Source: an uncultured Methanomassiliicoccales archaeon
GTDB lineage: Archaea > Thermoplasmatota > Thermoplasmata > Methanomassiliicoccales > Methanomethylophilaceae
Reading direction: 5' to 3'
DNA: 64,000 nucleotides
NCBI GenBank assembly: GCA_949292635.1
Contig: CASEZY010000001.1
Coordinates: forward strand, 222,434 to 286,433
How positions within the stretch are numbered: the first letter of the stretch is position 1; each line of letters starts with the position of its first letter. This document shows positions 38,338 through 48,795 of this stretch, in pieces. Below the pieces are notes generated by a model, which searched no databases, had not been told where the DNA came from, and saw only the letters and a list, made by a program, of their open reading frames with translations. Both the position numbers and the translations under genes were made by a program.

Positions 38338-38640
38338 TCAGCTCTTCATCACTGCGAACAGGAAGATGCCGACCGCGACCAGAGCACCGATCAGGATACC
38401 GATCAGGTTGATGATGGCATCGTAGACGGCGTCCCAGGTGTGGACGTCGCAGAACGGCGTGATGTCACTGAATCCGGTCAGATACACCCAAACGATGCCC
38501 ACGACGAGACCGATGAGTGCAAGCACAAAGCCGACGGTCCTGCTCTTGCCGGTCCCAAAGTACGCGGTGAAAACACCGGCGAGGACCATGATCAGAGCGA
38601 AGGCCAGGACGGCGATGGTAATGAATGTCATCCAATCCAT
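38338..38640 (-). CDS. Small hypothetical membrane protein
   Basis: 100 aa, 3 TM helices. Confidence 0.5.
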   Translation of the reverse strand: MDWMTFITIAVLAFALIMVLAGVFTAYFGTGKSRTVGFVLALIGLVVGIVWVYLTGFSDITPFCDVHTWDAVYDAIINLIGILIGALVAVGIFLFAVMKS

Positions 38641-38763
38641 ACTATTACTCCTTCATGACTTTTTCCCGGCGAAGCCGGAACCTGTGGACACACGATAGGT
38701 TAAAGGACTTATATATTTCGCGTTCAAGGTTTATTATAGAACGCTCGCAATCCGTGTCATATC

Positions 38764-39786
38764 ATGTACAGAGGCGTCAGACAGGCCGTCATTATGGTCG
38801 GGGGCAAGGGCACGAGACTGCGTCCGCTGACGCTCACCCGCCCGAAACCGGTGCTGCCGGTGGCGGACAGCCCCTGCCTCGGCCATCTCATCGACGTTTT
38901 CGCCAGAGCGGGCATCGAACAGGTGTTCCTGGCCTGCGGATACAGGTCCCAGCAGCTGATGGATACCATCGGCGACGGTTCGGACAGGGGCATCGAGATC
39001 GTGTATTCCTTCGAGGACCAGCCCCTGGGGACCGGGGGAGCGATCAAGCTCCTGGAGGACCGTTTAGACGATGTCTTCATGGCGGCCAACGGGGACGTGT
39101 TCGTGGATATGGACGTGAGAGAGGAGATCGATGTGCACCTGGACAACCACGCGGACATCACGCTGGCACTTACGCCGGTGGACACCCCCTGGAACTTCGG
39201 CACCGCCGTTCCCGACGGGACCGGACGCATCGTCGAATTCATAGAGAAGCCTCCGAAGGACAAGGTGAAGTCCAACCTCATCAACGCCGGAATCTACACC
39301 GTGAACAAGGAGATGATCGGCTACATCCCCGAGGGGGAGTTCTACGACTTCTCGAAAGACCTTGTGCCGATGAAGACCGCCGAGGGCTGCCGCATCTGGA
39401 GCTACCCGCTGAAGGGGATATGGATGGACGTGGGCAGGCGCAGCGACCTGATCAAGGCGAACCTGGAGATGGCGGAGAGGACCCGCAGCACCGGGTCCAT
39501 GTCCGACACGGAAGCCTCGGGACCGATATATCTGGGTCATGATGCGGTGGTGCAATCTTCGAAGCTGGAGGGGGCATCGATCATGAAGGGTGCTTTCGTG
39601 ACGGATTCCACCATAATCAACAGCGCCGTCATGCCGGGGGCGAGGATCTGCGGGGCCACCGTGGTGGACTCCGTCATCGGGGAGAACGCCGTCGTGAACA
39701 TCGGTTCCTCCATTGAGAGGTGCCTGATCGGCGACGAGGCCGTGATCGAGAAGGGCTCGAAGCACATGGACGAGGGCGGGGCGTAG
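38764..39786 (+). CDS. Sugar-1-phosphate nucleotidyltransferase with C-terminal left-handed beta-helix
   Basis: N-terminal GGKGTRLRPLT motif plus C-terminal hexapeptide repeats. Confidence 0.8.
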   Translation: MYRGVRQAVIMVGGKGTRLRPLTLTRPKPVLPVADSPCLGHLIDVFARAGIEQVFLACGYRSQQLMDTIGDGSDRGIEIVYSFEDQPLGTGGAIKLLEDRLDDVFMAANGDVFVDMDVREEIDVHLDNHADITLALTPVDTPWNFGTAVPDGTGRIVEFIEKPPKDKVKSNLINAGIYTVNKEMIGYIPEGEFYDFSKDLVPMKTAEGCRIWSYPLKGIWMDVGRRSDLIKANLEMAERTRSTGSMSDTEASGPIYLGHDAVVQSSKLEGASIMKGAFVTDSTIINSAVMPGARICGATVVDSVIGENAVVNIGSSIERCLIGDEAVIEKGSKHMDEGGA

Positions 39787-40887
39787 ATGGAATCCTTGAA
39801 GATCGTCGTTTCCAACCCGTTCTTCTACCCCTATCGGGGCGGCATAGAGCACAGGATGCACAAGCTCTGCAGGGTGCTGGCGGATAAGGGGCACGATGTG
39901 AGCGTACTCACCGCCAGGCTTCCTGACACCGAGGCCGTCGAAGAGACCGAGAGCGGCTACACCATCGTCAGGGTGCCCTGCCGTACGATCGACATCTACA
40001 ACCCCCCGTACATCATCTGCCGGGAGGTCGGCGAGACCCTGAAGAGATTGGATCCCGACATCGTGGACCACCAGTATCGCTGGGCGCCGTCCTTCGATAA
40101 GGACATCGCCAACCACGACGGAAAGAAGGTGTTCACCTACCACAACATGTGGGGGGAGGGCATCGGCATACAGCATTACATCTCCGAGGTCAACGACGGG
40201 CTGTACCGCAAGAAGCTGCTCCGCTACGACCACATCATCGCGATAACCGATGCGGTGAGGGACGACCTCATACGCAGGGGCATCAACGGGAGCACCATGA
40301 CCGTGATCGACAACTGCCTGGAGAAACTGCCGCCGGTGTCCGAGACCGAGGGGGACTTCATCCTCAACCTTGGCCGCATGGTGGCCACCAAGGGTCTGAG
40401 GTACCTGGTGGAGGCGATGCTGGATGTGGATTACAAACTGGTCATGTGCGGCAAGGGACCGGAGAGCCAGCACATCGAGAAGATGATCTCCAGATATGGT
40501 CTGCAGGACAGGATCGAACTCCGGGGCTGGGTCTCCGACGAGGAGAGATACAGACTGATGTCGGAATGCAAATTCTTCGTGATGCCCTCGATCCAGGAGG
40601 CTTACGGATTGGCTGCCACGGAAGTGCTGGCACATGGTAAGGCCCTGATATGCACGGACGTTGACGGACTGCCCGGGAACGTTAAGGACGCCGGACTGTA
40701 CGTCAAACCGAAGGACTCCAAGGGACTGGCGGAGGCCATCAACACCCTGCTCACCGACGACGCTCTGAGAAAGGAGTTGGCGGCCAACGCGGTGAAGGTC
40801 ACCAGGGCGTTCACCTGGGAGGGACAGGTGGATAAGACCGTGAAGGTCTACCGCTCGGTGCTGGACTCCTGCTCAACCGATATATAG
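39787..40887 (+). CDS. GT4 family glycosyltransferase (glycosyl transferase group 1)
   Basis: GT-B fold with conserved EAYGLAATE acceptor/donor motif; start overlaps the previous stop. Confidence 0.8.
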   Translation: MESLKIVVSNPFFYPYRGGIEHRMHKLCRVLADKGHDVSVLTARLPDTEAVEETESGYTIVRVPCRTIDIYNPPYIICREVGETLKRLDPDIVDHQYRWAPSFDKDIANHDGKKVFTYHNMWGEGIGIQHYISEVNDGLYRKKLLRYDHIIAITDAVRDDLIRRGINGSTMTVIDNCLEKLPPVSETEGDFILNLGRMVATKGLRYLVEAMLDVDYKLVMCGKGPESQHIEKMISRYGLQDRIELRGWVSDEERYRLMSECKFFVMPSIQEAYGLAATEVLAHGKALICTDVDGLPGNVKDAGLYVKPKDSKGLAEAINTLLTDDALRKELAANAVKVTRAFTWEGQVDKTVKVYRSVLDSCSTDI

Positions 40888-40907
40888 GCAATCGGAGATG
40901 AACGGCC

Positions 40908-41399
40908 ATGGTCCCCATAGGTGCCGAATACGTGTTCCAGGCGCTGATGATCATCTCGCTTCTGCTGGTGATCATGTCCCTGCCGACGATATTCATCACC
41001 ATCAGGAACTCTTCCAACGTCCTCAAGAGGTACATGGCACTCAGGTCCCTGAAGGACATCGACGACGATGACATCCCCAGTCATATCCTCGATGAGTGGA
41101 ACGCAGTGCGCAACAACGTGAACTACGCCACCCTTATGACCGAGGAGCTGGAGCGTCTCAATGGGTTGAGACCTGCGCTGTTCCAGACGGAGGTTTCCAT
41201 CGTACTGATGATCATCATGATCTTCGTACCCGGCTACGAGGGCACCGTTCTGATCTTCATGCTGGCACTTATCGTGCTATCGATCGTCGCATTGCTTTAC
41301 AGCTTCTTCTGCATCAAGCGCTACGGCATGGAGTACATGCAGCTGCTCAGGGAGATGAGCAGCGGTCCCTCCAACGGCAGGGACACCATGTACGGGTGA
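40908..41399 (+). CDS. Hypothetical membrane protein
   Basis: 163 aa, 3-4 TM helices. Confidence 0.45.
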   Translation: MVPIGAEYVFQALMIISLLLVIMSLPTIFITIRNSSNVLKRYMALRSLKDIDDDDIPSHILDEWNAVRNNVNYATLMTEELERLNGLRPALFQTEVSIVLMIIMIFVPGYEGTVLIFMLALIVLSIVALLYSFFCIKRYGMEYMQLLREMSSGPSNGRDTMYG

Positions 41400-41438
41400 T
41401 GGAAAAACGTTATTAGACGCAGGCGGAATGACCGCACC

Positions 41439-41915
41439 ATGACAACCGTCACACTGCAGACCACCATGGGCGACATCGTCATCAGGATGTACGACGACAT
41501 GCCCATCACCGCCGGGAACTTCGTCAAGCTCGCCAGCGAGGGATTCTACGACGGACTCATCTTCCACAGGGTGATCCAGGACTTCATGATCCAGGGCGGC
41601 TGCCCCAAGGGCAACGGCACCGGCGGTCCCGGATACACGATCAAGGACGAGTTCGTCTCCGGCCACTCCAACGTCAGGGGAACCATCTCCATGGCCAACG
41701 CTGGACCCAACACCGGCGGCAGCCAGTTCTTCATCAACATGGTGGACAACGCCTACCTGGACTGGGACAACAGGACCACCCCCTACGCCCACCCCGTCTT
41801 CGGCGAGGTCATCCAGGGCATGGATGTGGTGGACAAGATCGGTTCCACCAAGACCGACATGAGGGACAAGCCAGTGAAGGACATCGTCATCACCAAGGCC
41901 GTCGTGTCCGGTTAA
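41439..41915 (+). CDS. ppiB: Peptidyl-prolyl cis-trans isomerase, cyclophilin type
   Basis: Cyclophilin signature FHRVIQDFMIQGG...GSQFFI. Confidence 0.9.
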   Translation: MTTVTLQTTMGDIVIRMYDDMPITAGNFVKLASEGFYDGLIFHRVIQDFMIQGGCPKGNGTGGPGYTIKDEFVSGHSNVRGTISMANAGPNTGGSQFFINMVDNAYLDWDNRTTPYAHPVFGEVIQGMDVVDKIGSTKTDMRDKPVKDIVITKAVVSG

Positions 41916-42277
41916 ACCAAAGATCTTCCTTCCACAACAAGGTGGGTCCCGGACCTGAGGTATATCAGCGGGACCCCCGCCTTCCTCAATTTTCTCCGAA
42001 GTTCCTTGTCGTTGGTGAGGACGTAGGCGTCCTTCTGTATCGCAAGCTCGATCACCGACGCGTCGCCGGTGTTCTCGGTCTTGACGATCTCGAACCTCCT
42101 CGCAAGGTCCAGGGCTGCCGACGCGTACTTGTGATCGAGATGCTTCAGCTCGCCGATGAGGGGGCCGGGAACCATGAAATGGACATCTCCCAGGACCTCT
42201 CTGACAGCGTAATCTATGTTGATGCGCAACTCAAAAGGCATGAGTAAGGCGTTTGTGTCCAAGACGACGTTCTGCAT
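41912..42277 (-). CDS. PIN-domain protein conserved downstream of aIF2-gamma
   Basis: VVLDTNALL acidic PIN start; the conserved archaeal eIF2g-PIN arrangement supports it. Confidence 0.65.
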   Translation of the reverse strand: MQNVVLDTNALLMPFELRINIDYAVREVLGDVHFMVPGPLIGELKHLDHKYASAALDLARRFEIVKTENTGDASVIELAIQKDAYVLTNDKELRRKLRKAGVPLIYLRSGTHLVVEGRSLV

Positions 42278-42279
42278 GT

Positions 42280-43506
42280 CTACTCGACGATGCCGTATCC
42301 GATCAGTCTCCACTTGCTGGAGATCCTCCTGGATATGGCGACCCTCTGACCCTTGGCCACGCAGACCGGGATCTTCAGCATGACCTGCACGGAACCGGCC
42401 TTACCGCTCTTCACCACACCGATGGTGGTGGCGGTGCCGATGCTCAGCATCAGGGGCTCGTTGGACTTGATCTCGTCCACGCGGAGATCCGACGAGGAAC
42501 CGACCACACGGTCCAGTAGCACGGTCTTCATGGCGAAGTCGTTGACCACCTCCGGCAGGTTGCCGGGGATGCCCACCATCCTGCCGGTGAGACCGTCGGA
42601 CTTGGTGATGGACGGATCCAAAGAGGTACCGATGGAGATGAGGCCTCCGGGGCCCACCTCCTTCACGCTCTTGCCACCGGCCACCAGGGAGGTGACCTTG
42701 GTGAGGACCCTGTGCATCTTGCCGCTCTCGTCCCTGATGCCGGGGACCACTTCCACCTCGTCCCCGACCTTCAGCTTCCCCTGGATGAGGGAACCGCCGA
42801 GCACACCGCCCTTCAGGTCCTTGGGCTTGGTGCCGGGGGAGTTGATGTCGAAGGAACGGGCCACGTGCATGAGCGCGGGCGACTCGGTGTCGCGGACGGT
42901 GGTGGCGACGATGTGCTCCTCGATGGTCTCGATGAGCTTGTCGATGTTCACGCCGCTGTTGGCGGATATGGGGACAATGGGAGCGTCCTCCGCGATGGTG
43001 CCCTTGACGAACTCCTTGATCTGGCGGTAGTTCTCCACGGCCTGCTCGCGGGTGACGATGTCGATCTTGTTCTGGACGATGATGATCTTGTCGATGCCGA
43101 CGATGGACAGTGCCATCAGATGCTCCTTGGTCTGGGGCTGGGGGCACTTCTCATTGGCCGCCACCAGCAGGATGGCGCCGTCCATCAGGGCGGCACCGGA
43201 GAGCATGGTGGCCATCAGGGTCTCGTGTCCGGGGGCGTCCACGAAGGACACCGCCCTGAGGAACTCCGTGTCGGAGCCGCAGACGGAGCACTTGGGTGAG
43301 GTGCCGTAGGCGGCGGCACCCTCGCAGTTGGGGCATTTGTAGAATGCGACGTCGGCATAGCCGAGTCTGATGGAGATGCCCCTCTTGACCTCCTCGGAGT
43401 GCCTGTCGGCCCATTCTCCGCTGAGGGCCCTGGTGAGGGTGGTCTTGCCGTGGTCCACGTGGCCTATCATCCCGATGTTGATCTCGGGCTGTCTCGGCAC
43501 CTTCAT
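42280..43506 (-). CDS. eif2g: Translation initiation factor 2 subunit gamma
   Basis: GTPase G1 GHVDHGKTT, zinc knuckle CPNCEG...CSVCG, EF-Tu-like domains II/III. Confidence 0.9.
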   Translation of the reverse strand: MKVPRQPEINIGMIGHVDHGKTTLTRALSGEWADRHSEEVKRGISIRLGYADVAFYKCPNCEGAAAYGTSPKCSVCGSDTEFLRAVSFVDAPGHETLMATMLSGAALMDGAILLVAANEKCPQPQTKEHLMALSIVGIDKIIIVQNKIDIVTREQAVENYRQIKEFVKGTIAEDAPIVPISANSGVNIDKLIETIEEHIVATTVRDTESPALMHVARSFDINSPGTKPKDLKGGVLGGSLIQGKLKVGDEVEVVPGIRDESGKMHRVLTKVTSLVAGGKSVKEVGPGGLISIGTSLDPSITKSDGLTGRMVGIPGNLPEVVNDFAMKTVLLDRVVGSSSDLRVDEIKSNEPLMLSIGTATTIGVVKSGKAGSVQVMLKIPVCVAKGQRVAISRRISSKWRLIGYGIVE

Positions 43507-43510
43507 CGTC

Positions 43511-43906
43511 TTACTCCGAAGGAGCCTCGGGGGCCAGCGACTCTTCTATGGACTTGGGGCCGTACTCTGCCACGGCCATATTGATCTGGACGATCTTGTC
43601 GGAGATGACTGCGCCGTGGACGGCGGTCCTCTTCCTCTGTCCGGGGTACTTCTCGTGGAATCCCAGGCTCTCGGACAGCAGCAGCTTGCGCCTCCTGTTG
43701 CCGGGGAGGTCCTTCCTCATGGGGGTTCCGTTTCCGTCGGAACCGCCGGTGATCTTCAACTTGTAGCCGGGAAGGCCGACGAAAATCCCGTCCACGACCT
43801 CTCCGACGCTCTTACCGTTCAGAGAGTTCGCGTGGTGGCCAGAGACGACGACATTGTAGGACTTGCCGGTCTTCACGTCATTGATGACTGCCTTGTATTC
43901 AACCAT
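43511..43906 (-). CDS. rps6e: 30S ribosomal protein S6e
   Basis: [17 protein letters not shown]... S6e family; start chosen within ORF 43511..43957. Confidence 0.85.
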   Translation of the reverse strand: MVEYKAVINDVKTGKSYNVVVSGHHANSLNGKSVGEVVDGIFVGLPGYKLKITGGSDGNGTPMRKDLPGNRRRKLLLSESLGFHEKYPGQRKRTAVHGAVISDKIVQINMAVAEYGPKSIEESLAPEAPSE

Positions 43907-43941
43907 TTGAACACCTGTAGCCCCGCCTAACAGGACGTTGC

Positions 43942-44418
43942 TTATATAGGTTCGCACAGACCCAGGGGCTTCTCCATACGGAGGCTGCAGGAGCCCACGG
44001 TGCCGGTGACCTTGAAACCCAACTTCTCGTAGAGGTGCTTCGCACCCAGGTTGTCCCCCTGGACGTCCAGGGAGATCGACGAGAGGCCTTCTTTGAGGGC
44101 GATGTCCTCCACGTATGCGATAACGTCCGAACCAACGCCGTGTCCGCGGTGATCGGCCAGGAGATAGAGTTTGCTGAGGAACATGGAACCATCCCTGGGG
44201 CAGAAGCAGACGTATCCCGCTCTGTCACCACGGATGAGGATGTAGGCGTACCTCATACCCGCGCCCATCTGTTCGCGGATGTGCTCCGGGGTCTGGTTCT
44301 TGGCCAGGAAATCCTCCAGCACATCGTGGGATACGAATGTATAAACCTCTCTGTACAAAGGGAAGGCCATGGCTGAGATGTTCTCGGATTCCTCGACACC
44401 GACGAATTCCAGCTCCAT
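43942..44418 (-). CDS. GNAT-family N-acetyltransferase
   Basis: Acetyl-CoA-binding motif HRGHGVGSDVI...LGFK. Confidence 0.7.
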   Translation of the reverse strand: MELEFVGVEESENISAMAFPLYREVYTFVSHDVLEDFLAKNQTPEHIREQMGAGMRYAYILIRGDRAGYVCFCPRDGSMFLSKLYLLADHRGHGVGSDVIAYVEDIALKEGLSSISLDVQGDNLGAKHLYEKLGFKVTGTVGSCSLRMEKPLGLCEPI

Positions 44419-44420
44419 GG

Positions 44421-45476
44421 TCAGTTCTTTCCCAGCAGTGCGGACAGGCGCTCCTTGAGGGAGGATATGCTGCTGACGTCACGCGGATCCTTCGAATCCC
44501 TGAACGCCAATTCGAGAGATATGAAATCACCGAGAAGCGTGGCCCTGAACACCTTCTCGAAGATGTTCCTGCCTGTGATGTTGATCACGTAGGGGTTCAG
44601 ACCATTCTTCTTCAGGGCATTGAAGGTCTGCTTCTGCAGCTTCTCCATCATGCGGCTCATGTCGTCCTCGATCAGGAGGATAGGTTTCATCTTCACCTTG
44701 TTGAAGGAGGACATGCCGTCCACCCCCATGTGATTGGTGTCGGGGATGTGGCCGTCGAAGGCCACCAGCTTGGAGTTCTCGTTGAACTGCGCCCTCCATC
44801 TGCCTGCCACGGAGTAGAGGTATGACGAGGAATAGATCACGGGGACCTTCCTGCCGATGCGGCGGGCTGCCTTCACGGCATCGCTGTCCCTGCCTCCCTT
44901 GAGGGAGGCGACGTACTTCCTCAGGTCGGGGAGCACCTTGCGAATATCATCGGTGATGTCCGGACCGCCGATAGTGCGGAGGATGTTGAACGTATACCCG
45001 ACTGTGTACCCTACGGCGTTGCGGGGCTGTATGCCCTTCTTCACCGCAACCACGTGAATGTCCATCTCGACACAGCGGTCCATCAGGATCCCACCGGAGG
45101 TTATGGCGATGATCTGGCATCCGCGTATCACTGCCTGCTCGAAGACGGACAACGTCTCGCGGGTGTTGCCGGAGTAGCTACTCACCAGCACCAGCGAACG
45201 CTCGCTTGCCCATGCGGGAAGCTCGGGGAACCTGACCACCTTCAGCGGTCTGGATGACACGGGGTACAGGCAATCGGCCACGATGTCTCCGCCCACGGCG
45301 GAGCCTCCCATGCCGCAAACGAGGATCTCATCGAACTCCATCTTCGGGAGGTCCAGTTCCTGATTGATCGCACGGTCCAGGTCGTCCACGATCTGGGCGG
45401 TCTCCCCCCTCATGTTGAAGGGATCCTTGACATTCTCTGGTGTCCGGTCCGCTCCGTTCCCATCCTGCGCGGCCAT
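44421..45476 (-). CDS. Bifunctional phosphoglucose/phosphomannose isomerase (SIS-domain, archaeal PGI/PMI)
   Basis: Two SIS motifs (VCGMGGSAVGGD and SYSGNTRET); about 350 aa. Confidence 0.75.
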   Translation of the reverse strand: MAAQDGNGADRTPENVKDPFNMRGETAQIVDDLDRAINQELDLPKMEFDEILVCGMGGSAVGGDIVADCLYPVSSRPLKVVRFPELPAWASERSLVLVSSYSGNTRETLSVFEQAVIRGCQIIAITSGGILMDRCVEMDIHVVAVKKGIQPRNAVGYTVGYTFNILRTIGGPDITDDIRKVLPDLRKYVASLKGGRDSDAVKAARRIGRKVPVIYSSSYLYSVAGRWRAQFNENSKLVAFDGHIPDTNHMGVDGMSSFNKVKMKPILLIEDDMSRMMEKLQKQTFNALKKNGLNPYVINITGRNIFEKVFRATLLGDFISLELAFRDSKDPRDVSSISSLKERLSALLGKN

Positions 45477-47228
45477 TCACATCCCCCAGAAAGGTTCCTC
45501 GCGACGTTTGATGCGCAGCACCTCGTCCAGGACCTGCTGCTCGTCGGCGGTGATGCCAAACTTGGGCATCTCCTTCACCGTCGAAGCCAGAAGGTCAACG
45601 TACAGCACATCCTCCTCGTTGGCCTGCCTGCCGATGGTTATGTCGTCTATCGCACAGGCGACCTCGTCGCCCTGCTTGGCCTCCTTGACGGGGTCCTCCC
45701 CATCCCTGAGGCTGCGTATCTTGCCCAGGGGGCGCCCGTCCTCGCCTATCAGCTTCAAACCGGGGCGCACGCGTCCCGCCAGGACACGGATGCCCACGAT
45801 GGCGGGCTTGCTGGCCCTGAATACGTGATTGGGAAGTATCTTGATCTTGGCGGGGAAGGGGAACTCCGCCCGCTTGTCCGCCTCGCTCTGGCGCTTGGAC
45901 TCCTCCACCCATTCCGTGTAATCCTCTATCAGACGGTACACCACGGCGTTGGAGAACACCCTGACGGGTTCCGATTCCAACAAGGACTGGGCGTCCTTGG
46001 ATATGCCCACGTTGAACGCCAGGATGACGCGATTGAACTGCTCGCCCTTGGCGGCGCCGGTCTCCCTGATGTCCCTGCCGGAGATGTCCCCGAGACCGTA
46101 CTTGCGGATGGGTATCCCGGCGGCCTTGGCCTCGTATGCGAGTGCTTCCAGGGACCCGATGGCGTCCGCCTTGATGGTGACTCCCTGTTCCACCACGTCG
46201 ATCTTCACGGAGGTCTCCTCGGTGAGCTCCTTAACCGCCGGGTCCTTGTCGCTCTTGACCACCCTGAGCGGTGCGCCGGCGACCACGCCCTCCATGTTCT
46301 GGCAGGCCACCTTCACTCCCGCGGCCGCGTGCAGTTCCTTGACCTTATCGAAGCGGTCCCTGGGATCCATGATCTCATCCAGGGGCTTGGGCTTGAGGAT
46401 CGCCTTGACCTTGGTGACTATAGGAGCGCCCCTGGTGCCCAGGGCAACGGTGTCCCCCTGCCTGAGCACTCCGGAGTAAAGGATCATGTCCAGGGTCTTC
46501 CCCAGTCCCTTCTCCTCCTTGATCTCCAGGATGGTCCCCCTGCCGGGGCCGTCCTCGCTGGCCAGCTGCGCCTCCAGGAAGCGCTGTGCCAGTCCGATGA
46601 GCATCAGCAGGAGGTCCGGGATGCCCTCTCCCTCCTTGGCGGAGATGGGCACCAATGCGACGGTCTGGGTGAAATCCTCTATCTGATCGTAACGGTTGGC
46701 GTTGATCCCCTCCATGGAGAGGTCGCCGATGATCGAATACAGACGATCGTTGAACGCGTTGAGGCTGTGGTCCTGCTGCTGCCTCTCGGACAGCACGAAG
46801 GGACGTCCCTCCTCGCACTGCCAGCCCTGAATCGTATCCACCTTGTTCAGGGCTATGACGAAGGGGGTCTTGTACTGCCTGAGGATCTTGATGGACTCGA
46901 TGGTCTGAGGCATTATGCCCTCGCGGATGTCGATCACCAGAACGGCGATATCCGCCAGGGAGCCTCCCCTCGCTCTTAGGGTTATGAAAGAATGGTGTCC
47001 GGGGGTGTCGATGAACAGGAGTCCGGGAACATCGAACTTCTTCTTGCCCATCAGCGGCCCGCAGACCTTGTAGATGTGTTCTATCGGCACCTCGGTGGCA
47101 CCGATGTGCTGGGTGATCGCCCCGGCCTCCCGGGCCTGGACGGAGGTGCCCCTGATGCGGTCCAACAGCTTCGTCTTTCCGTGGTCAACGTGTCCCAGCA
47201 CGCTGACCACCGGCTGCCTGATGGTCAT
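45477..47228 (-). CDS. infB: Translation initiation factor IF-2 (aIF5B)
   Basis: G-domain [19 protein letters not shown]; 583 aa. Confidence 0.9.
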   Translation of the reverse strand: MTIRQPVVSVLGHVDHGKTKLLDRIRGTSVQAREAGAITQHIGATEVPIEHIYKVCGPLMGKKKFDVPGLLFIDTPGHHSFITLRARGGSLADIAVLVIDIREGIMPQTIESIKILRQYKTPFVIALNKVDTIQGWQCEEGRPFVLSERQQQDHSLNAFNDRLYSIIGDLSMEGINANRYDQIEDFTQTVALVPISAKEGEGIPDLLLMLIGLAQRFLEAQLASEDGPGRGTILEIKEEKGLGKTLDMILYSGVLRQGDTVALGTRGAPIVTKVKAILKPKPLDEIMDPRDRFDKVKELHAAAGVKVACQNMEGVVAGAPLRVVKSDKDPAVKELTEETSVKIDVVEQGVTIKADAIGSLEALAYEAKAAGIPIRKYGLGDISGRDIRETGAAKGEQFNRVILAFNVGISKDAQSLLESEPVRVFSNAVVYRLIEDYTEWVEESKRQSEADKRAEFPFPAKIKILPNHVFRASKPAIVGIRVLAGRVRPGLKLIGEDGRPLGKIRSLRDGEDPVKEAKQGDEVACAIDDITIGRQANEEDVLYVDLLASTVKEMPKFGITADEQQVLDEVLRIKRREEPFWGM

Positions 47229-47254
47229 CGGGGCACCCCTTCAGGTTTGGTGGA

Positions 47255-47710
47255 TCACTCGTAGATCCAGGCGTCCACGGTCCTGTCGTAGGAGGCCTGC
47301 TCTTCGGGCTTGAAGAAGATGGAGATCTCCCTCTCGGCGGACTCGACGGAGTCGGAGCCGTGGATGATGTTCATACCGACCTGCATGCCGTAGTCGCCGC
47401 GGATGGTGCCGGGGGCGGACTCCTGGGGGTTGGTCTTACCCATCATCTGCCTGCACACTGCCACGGCGTTCTCGCCCTCCCAGACCATCGCCAGCACGGG
47501 GCCGGAGGTGATGTAGGAGATCAGGGAGTCGAAGAACTTCTTGCCCTTGTGCTCCCCGTAGTGGGTCTCGGCGGTCTCCTTGGGGATGACCATGAGCTTC
47601 ATGGCCACCAGCTTCAGGCCCTTCTTCTCGAACCTGGAGACGATCTCGCCGCAGAGCCCGCGCTGCACGCCGTCGGGCTTGACCATGAGGTATGTTCTCT
47701 CCATGGTCAT
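47255..47710 (-). CDS. ndk: Nucleoside diphosphate kinase
   Basis: [16 protein letters not shown] and NIIHGSD active-site His motif. Confidence 0.9.
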   Translation of the reverse strand: MTMERTYLMVKPDGVQRGLCGEIVSRFEKKGLKLVAMKLMVIPKETAETHYGEHKGKKFFDSLISYITSGPVLAMVWEGENAVAVCRQMMGKTNPQESAPGTIRGDYGMQVGMNIIHGSDSVESAEREISIFFKPEEQASYDRTVDAWIYE

Positions 47711-47934
47711 TCCTTCTTCTCGGCGGCCCTGAGGCGTGCGGCCTTCTCATCAGCGAACTTGGCGGTCCAAGCGGTGGTCCTGGGGACTCTCTTGAGCTCG
47801 ATCATGTTCTTATAGCACTTGTTGGTGCAGAAGTTCAGCACGGTGCCGTCCTTCTTCACGAACATCTTGCCGGTGCCGGCCTCGATCTCGGCACCGCAGA
47901 ACGAACAGATTCTCTTCTCTGCCATGGGACTCAC
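47707..47934 (-). CDS. rpl24e: 50S ribosomal protein L24e
   Basis: CSFCG...C zinc-ribbon L24e; 4-nt overlap with ndk. Confidence 0.85.
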   Translation of the reverse strand: MSPMAEKRICSFCGAEIEAGTGKMFVKKDGTVLNFCTNKCYKNMIELKRVPRTTAWTAKFADEKAARLRAAEKKE

Positions 47935-48143
47935 CTCATGCCGAGCTTCCTGGCCTCTCTGGACGTCTCCCTCAGCATGAGGATGTCGCCCATCCTGACC
48001 GGGCCCATGATGTTCCTGGTGATGATCCTGCCCTTGTCGCGGCCCTCAAGTACGCGGACCTTGACCTGGGTGGCCTCACCGGTCATGCCCGTGCGTCCGA
48101 TGATCTCCACGACCTCGGACGGGATGCTGTCTGCGTCTACCAT
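47931..48143 (-). CDS. rps28e: 30S ribosomal protein S28e
   Basis: [26 protein letters not shown]...[10 protein letters not shown]28e signature. Confidence 0.85.
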   Translation of the reverse strand: MVDADSIPSEVVEIIGRTGMTGEATQVKVRVLEGRDKGRIITRNIMGPVRMGDILMLRETSREARKLGMR

Positions 48144-48153
48144 GGGTATCGCC

Positions 48154-48519
48154 TCAGTTCTTCAGAGCCTTGACAGCTGCGGCGATCTCTTCGCAGACGG
48201 GCTTGCCCTTGCCGGCGTCGGTGATGGCGATGGAAGCGGTGGGCTTCTCGAGGCCGATGGCGTTGCCGAGCTCCGCCTTGCTGGGGACGTAGACGAACGG
48301 GACGTTCTTCTCGTCGCAGAGGGCGGGGATGTGGGCCAGGATCTCGGGGGGCTCCACGTCGGTGGCCATGACGACCATGACGGCGTCGCCGCGCTCGATG
48401 GCCTTGGTGACCTCGTTGGTACCCTTCTTGATCTTGCCGCCGTCCCTGGCGATCTCAGCCAGAGAGTAGGCCTTGTCCGAAAGCTCCTTGGGCGTGTCGA
48501 ATTTGACGAATACAGACAT
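48154..48519 (-). CDS. rpl7ae: 50S ribosomal protein L7Ae
   Basis: K-turn-binding L7Ae family ([14 protein letters not shown]...[13 protein letters not shown]); start [10 protein letters not shown] within ORF 48154..48564. Confidence 0.85.
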   Translation of the reverse strand: MSVFVKFDTPKELSDKAYSLAEIARDGGKIKKGTNEVTKAIERGDAVMVVMATDVEPPEILAHIPALCDEKNVPFVYVPSKAELGNAIGLEKPTASIAITDAGKGKPVCEEIAAAVKALKN

Positions 48520-48732
48520 TTCAATTACCTCTTTCAGGTCCGCAAAGGGACCCTCATTATTCATCGGCTCCTGAAGAGCGAGTCGCCCTATCCTATCGGC
48601 GTATTTATAGGGATTGGTCTAGAAACAAGCGCATGAAAGAGCCGTTGATTTTGTGTTCAAAAGAACCTAATTACGGTTTTGTTTGATGTATTTGCAGAAA
48701 TTTTGCGAAAATATCAAATAAAAATCAAACAA

Positions 48733-48792
48733 TCTCTCTCACTCTCTCTTAATTCTCTCTTGCTCTAAAGAGCCGGAGAGGGGAGGGAAGAT
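48733..48792 (+). repeat. Polypyrimidine (CT) tract followed by complementary GA-rich RBS-like tract upstream of the AAA_21 ATPase gene
   Basis: tctctctcactctctcttaattctctcttgctct then agagccggagaggggagggaagatcc immediately before ATG 48796; the two halves are partly complementary. Confidence 0.5.
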
Positions 48793-48795
48793 CCG

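Noticed and set aside
39064-40635. 523-aa minus-strand ORF across the NTP-transferase and GT4 genes
   Set aside because: Antisense artefact; the plus-strand genes carry canonical GGKGTRLRPLT and GT4 motifs.
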